Shown: positions 41,696 to 45,626 of the stretch, in pieces
Position numbering within the stretch: position 1 is the stretch's first letter
Layout of the letters: every line of letters starts with the position of its first letter
DNA from: Planctomycetota bacterium
Lineage (GTDB): Bacteria; Planctomycetota; B129-G9
Assembly (NCBI GenBank): GCA_043816375.1
Contig: JBDRIB010000217.1
Location: 1 to 45,626, forward strand
Direction of reading: 5' to 3'
DNA length: 45,626 nt
Translations under genes and position numbers: made by a program
Notes under the pieces: model-generated
What the model saw: only the letters and a program-made list of their open reading frames with translations
The model's database searches: none
Told to the model about the DNA's origin: nothing

Positions 41696-42370
41696 TTACA
41701 TACCCGTTCTGCGCCGGACTTCATCATAAAGCCTGTCCACAACCTGCTCGATTGTCATATCCGTGGTGTCAAGCACAACCGCGTCGTCGCCGACCTTGAG
41801 CGGCGCAACCTCTCGATGTATGTCGGACCTGTCGCGCTCCTCAATCTCGCGCGCCAGTCTTTCGACATCTACATCCATTCCCTTTTCCAGCAACTCCCTG
41901 TGCCTGCGCCCCGCCCTGACGTGGGGGCTTGCATCGAGATAAAACTTCACGTCCGCGTCGGCAAAGACGACCGTTGTCATATCGCGCCCTTCCGCGACGA
42001 GGATTTCCCCGGCATTTTCGGGGGCGAACGCCCTCTGTCGCAGGCGCATCTCCTCGCGGACGGACGGCATAGCCGCGACCGGCGGCACGGCGTTCGTTAC
42101 TTCAGGCGTTCTTATGGCCTCGCTGACGTCCTCGTCGTCCAGGATAACGTGCTGTCTTCCGCCGGTGAACTTCTGGCCGGTCTTTATCCGTTTGAAGAGC
42201 GCGAGGACGGCGGTTTCGTCGGAGGTATCGATATTTTCCCGTATACAGGCAAGAGCCAGCGCACGGTACATCGCGCCGCTGTCCAGATAGCGCGAGCCGA
42301 GACGCGTGGCGAGCAGTCTGCTCACCGTGCTTTTGCCGGAGCCCGCAGGCCCGTCAATTGCTACAATCAT
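41696..42370 (-). CDS. cmk: Cytidylate kinase
   Basis: IVAIDGPAGSGKST, YLDSGAMYR, EGRDMTTVVF, RDRSD. Confidence 0.96.
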   Translation of the reverse strand: MIVAIDGPAGSGKSTVSRLLATRLGSRYLDSGAMYRALALACIRENIDTSDETAVLALFKRIKTGQKFTGGRQHVILDDEDVSEAIRTPEVTNAVPPVAAMPSVREEMRLRQRAFAPENAGEILVAEGRDMTTVVFADADVKFYLDASPHVRAGRRHRELLEKGMDVDVERLAREIEERDRSDIHREVAPLKVGDDAVVLDTTDMTIEQVVDRLYDEVRRRTGM

Positions 42371-42414
42371 ACCTATCCGCAAGTCATTATTTTCAAACAG
42401 TTCATAAACGGGAA

Positions 42415-42443
42415 ATCATATCACACAGCGCCCCCCCTTGCAA
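42415..42443 (-). promoter_or_regulatory. Putative cmk-operon promoter
   Basis: Minus strand TTGCAA-N17-TATGAT with TGn extension. Confidence 0.5.
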
Positions 42444-42721
42444 CCGCAATTTTGGGCAGGCAACGCTTCGCTTACAGGCACAGCAGGAGAGGAACAAACC
42501 TTGGAACCACAAATGTACACGAATAAACACAAATGCTTTGCCCCTTGACCTGATTTGAACCGCCAAGGCCGCCAAGAACGCCAAGAAAACCTGAAACTTG
42601 AAACCAGTGTAACAGGGACTTTAATCGGACTGAACAGAAAAAACCCAACAGACGAGAACTGTTCCTCACCCCAACCTGACAGGGTTTCAAATCAAACAGT
42701 CTGTTTACACGCGGCCACATA

Positions 42722-43178
42722 TGCCCTGCCCGAAAAAACGAGACAGCGTTTATTTTCCTGAAAAAAAAGCGAGACTTTTTGGCCGCTTGTGTATCCAGTA
42801 TAACGACAAGCAACGGATCGTACCCGAACTTCCCTCGGAAAGTCGGGCGTAGGTTCAGCGCGCCCGGTGCTTTCCGCGGCGAGAATATGCAGGGCAGGGA
42901 CCGCTCTACGTAAGGTATCTGCAAGGAATAGCGGGGACGAACGGTCCTTTGCCGAGATTGCCGGGTTGTTTGTGTTTTCGCTTGATTTCCCCGAATATTG
43001 TGCTAGAATTACAATAATAACAGTAGCCCCGGGAAGAGGGGCGTTGTGGATAGTATATGCCTGTTACAACCTCAGGAATTCATTCTAAAGAAAGGAGGCG
43101 ATATATTAACGAGAGGGTGTAATTAGTTTATGGTAATATGCTGGTCGATTATTATTGCAGGGCGCTTTGACAGGCAGC
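42722..43178 (+). repeat. Copy 1 of a ~460-bp conserved non-coding element upstream of the PEP-CTERM gene
   Basis: Aligns to 45168-45626 at an offset of about 2445. Core 42769-42929 has 8 mismatches in 161 bp, counted by eye. Confidence 0.92.
42982..43009 (+). promoter_or_regulatory. Promoter of the PEP-CTERM gene
   Basis: TTGATT-N16-TAGAAT with TGn extension, conserved in copy 2. Confidence 0.65.
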
Positions 43179-43257
43179 GAAAATGCTATTCTCGCGAGAT
43201 CGCTGCCAACAGACGCCCAAATAGTTCACAACTTACTTTGCAGGGAGGTTGATGATA

Positions 43258-44892
43258 ATGACTAAGAAACTGACTATCATCACCGTTATCGCAGCATTTG
43301 CATTTCTCTGGATCTCTTCCGAAGCCTTCCCTTATACCGACAAGTGGGGAGTTCCTTCTTGGATGCAACCGTTCGCCGACCCGCAACCGGTCTACAAGTT
43401 CGACTGGGCATTCAGCCACGGCGGTGCGACCGCGGACATCAACGGGAAGTGGATTAGTACCAACCTGACCAACGCTGTCGGCGAGTCGCGAGGAGACGGA
43501 ACCGCCTACACAGGCGAGGCGTTCTGTTACTGGACGGCTATCTCCGACCAGATAAACGGCTTTTCGGTGTCCAACGACATCGGCGACTGGATTGCTGCCA
43601 TAGGCAGCGGCCAGGCGACCATCCGCTGGAGCATTCGTGAGGACTACTCCGGCGGCGGCGTTGACAACAACGACGTTGTAGAGTTGTACGACAACGCAAC
43701 CGAGTTGGTCGTTATGCGCGGCTACGCCGCCAGCGGCGCGAACCTTGGCGTTGGTTCAGACGACGACATCACCGCGCTGGAGTGGAACACCGAATTCGAC
43801 GACGAGAACCTGGTCTTTGACCACCGCAACTCCATCAACGATACGTATTACCGCTCGATGGTTTGGGTCGACAGGAATATGGACGATGAGACCGTCTATA
43901 TGACCTTTGGAGCGTACGGCAATCTCGCCCCGGACGGCAGCACCCAGACCGGCACCGAGAGGGCTTTTAGAGGCTGGGCAGGCGGCAACTACTACACGTA
44001 TACCATGTTGGCGCATCACGCCGACATCTGCTACGAGACGAGGACCTACAACCCCATAGTCAACGCCGACGGGCCGCAATCGCCCTACGAGTGGCTCTAC
44101 GACGCATCGGGCGATATGTACGTCCCGACCGACACCACTGCACACCCTACCCCGAGCTCTGACCCTGAGACGCGCGCATTCGAGCTCATCGGTAACCACC
44201 CGTATTGGGTGAATGACGACACGTCAGGTGAGTGCGACGCCGGCGATTCCTCTATCTGGCATAACCAGGTAACCGGCATAGTAAGCGCCGGCACCGCCGA
44301 AGGCGTTCTTGCCCGCGGCGTTTTCGTGGATTCCTGGAGACTGGCGGGCGAATTGCTCGGCGACGAGTTTTGGACGACTGCCGGTAATGTCTGGGATCCC
44401 GCGGACGGCAGGGTCGAGGACGGCAGCGGTAATCCCGTTGCCAACCACGACGAACTCAACACCTTTATGCGCTATGTCTTCGACATAGACGCACTGGTTG
44501 TTGAGGACAACGGCGTTGAAGGCGAGTTCGACGAGGGCGACTACGTCCTGTTCTCCGTTGTCGACGACGGCCTGTACGAGATGTACCAGGAATGGGGGGT
44601 CGACTACGCCTACGTTAGCTCGCTCTTCGACGGCGAGTACTTTGACGGCGACACCATCTTCCTGTATGACGGGACGAGCGTCACCACGTTCTTCGACGCC
44701 GGGGCGGGCATCTTCTTCGGCCAGACGTCAAGTGCAGGTGATGGTACTGCCCTGTGGGGCGGTGCCGCTTATTACGATATCGATGCCCTTGACATCGGCA
44801 TCCTGCCCGAACCTTCCACCATCTTCCTGATGATTGGAAGCGCAAGCGGGCTGGCCGTGGTCGCAGGCATTATGCGCAGAAAAATGCGCTAA
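43258..44892 (+). CDS. PEP-CTERM sorting-domain surface protein
   Basis: GGAGG RBS and signal peptide. Asp/Gly/aromatic-rich, Lys-poor body. Ends LPEPST-TM helix-RRKMR. Confidence 0.92.
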   Translation: MTKKLTIITVIAAFAFLWISSEAFPYTDKWGVPSWMQPFADPQPVYKFDWAFSHGGATADINGKWISTNLTNAVGESRGDGTAYTGEAFCYWTAISDQINGFSVSNDIGDWIAAIGSGQATIRWSIREDYSGGGVDNNDVVELYDNATELVVMRGYAASGANLGVGSDDDITALEWNTEFDDENLVFDHRNSINDTYYRSMVWVDRNMDDETVYMTFGAYGNLAPDGSTQTGTERAFRGWAGGNYYTYTMLAHHADICYETRTYNPIVNADGPQSPYEWLYDASGDMYVPTDTTAHPTPSSDPETRAFELIGNHPYWVNDDTSGECDAGDSSIWHNQVTGIVSAGTAEGVLARGVFVDSWRLAGELLGDEFWTTAGNVWDPADGRVEDGSGNPVANHDELNTFMRYVFDIDALVVEDNGVEGEFDEGDYVLFSVVDDGLYEMYQEWGVDYAYVSSLFDGEYFDGDTIFLYDGTSVTTFFDAGAGIFFGQTSSAGDGTALWGGAAYYDIDALDIGILPEPSTIFLMIGSASGLAVVAGIMRRKMR

Positions 44893-44940
44893 GGCTTGAG
44901 TCAGGTCAGGGATTCCTTCGGGAATCCGGAGAAGCAAGAA

Positions 44941-44979
44941 AAGCCGGGCGGTTCTTTGAACCGCCCGGCTTGTTTTTTT
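44941..44979 (+). terminator. Intrinsic terminator after the PEP-CTERM gene
   Basis: Perfect 14-bp stem aagccgggcggttc/gaaccgcccggctt plus T7, preceded by a cUUCGg hairpin at 44910-44927. Confidence 0.9.
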
Positions 44980-45082
44980 GGCTCGCATTCCTCGCCGCTT
45001 TCCAAACCGCAATGGAACAGTTCTAACCCGCATTTCTCACCACAAGACGGGCGTAGCTCAGGGGGCAAATCCTGTGAATAGC

Positions 45083-45154
45083 GGTGACAGTCACCATCTA
45101 TCCGTCTCAGGCGGATATGAGTCGGGGGCCAGCTCGTAGAATGGGGTCTGACCC
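45083..45154. repeat. REP-like doublet with two different palindromes
   Basis: GGTGACAGTCACC at 45083-45095 and GGGTCTGACCC at 45144-45154. Confidence 0.75.
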
Positions 45155-45167
45155 GAGCGAGGTTCGT

Positions 45168-45626
45168 TGCCTTACCTGAAAATCGAGACAGCGCTTAATT
45201 TTCCCGAAAAAAAGCGAGACTTTTTGGCCGCTTGTGTGTCTAGTATAACGACAAGCAACGGATTGTACCCGAACTTCCCTTGGAAAGTCGGGCGAAGATT
45301 CAGCGCGCCCGGTGCTTTCCGCGGCGAGATTGTGCAGGGCAGGGACCGCTCTACGTAAGGTATCTGCAAGGAATGGCGGAAATGAACGGTCCTTTGCCGA
45401 AATTACCGGATTGATTGCGTTATCGCTTGACTTTGCCGAATATTGTGCTAGAATTACAACGCTAATGTTAGCCCCGGGGAGAGGGGCTTTGTGGGCAGTA
45501 TGTGCCTATGCAACCTCTGTAATTTATCCTAAAGAAAGGAGGTGATAAATAACGAGAGGGTGTAATGGGTTTTTTTAATAATGCTTGGTAAACACTACTA
45601 AATTGTAGGGCGTTCTGACCGACAGC
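45168..45626 (+). repeat. Copy 2 of the conserved non-coding element, running to the window end
   Basis: Homologous to 42722-43178, including the promoter TTGACT-N16-TAGAAT (45427-45454) and AGAAAGGAGGTGAT (45533-45546). Confidence 0.92.

Noticed and set aside
41610-41742. cmk-plsC fusion broken by a frameshift
   Set aside because: Cmk ends at a normal length and PlsC has plausible starts of its own, so overlap of adjacent ORFs explains it.
42555-42761. 68-aa ORF over the cgccaag repeats as a GxxExxY-type gene
   Set aside because: No GxxExxY motif is present, and the ORF is explained by repeat sequence.
42722-45626. Duplicated element as a DGR TR/VR pair, or as a c-di-GMP or other known riboswitch
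   Set aside because: Mismatches are not adenine-restricted, and I could not match GEMM or other riboswitch consensus motifs by eye. An Rfam scan is still needed.

Overview
Bacterial chromosomal window, probably a deep-branching Planctomycetota. This assignment is an inference from the S1 sequence style, a PEGA lipoprotein, a zinc-ribbon membrane protein and a PEP-CTERM protein. Most of the window is housekeeping: recJ, purQ, ppdK, tRNA-Ser(GCT), murD, rqcH, rpsB-tsf, ferredoxin, dGTPase, rtcB and a cmk-plsC-rpsA-glmS-X-tyrS run, interspersed with secreted and lipoprotein hypotheticals. The left edge holds an IS4-type terminal repeat and a complete IS256-family element. Two non-coding systems stand out. 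(1) A ~460-bp element is duplicated at 42722-43178 and 45168-45626. It sits in front of a PEP-CTERM gene and contains an extended -10 promoter plus a structured leader that displays a near-perfect anti-16S sequence (AGAAAGGAGGYGAT) with no correctly spaced start codon. (2) A dispersed, modular REP-like repeat family built on odd palindromes (GGTGACWGTCACC, GGGTCWGACCC) fills many intergenic gaps, and the IS4 end abuts one copy. Also notable are a frameshifted tandem paralogue, long disordered tails on both S1 and S2, a receiver domain with a Thr-to-Ile change at the switch residue, and an ExbD-like domain fusion. All alignments were done by eye and no database searches were run.
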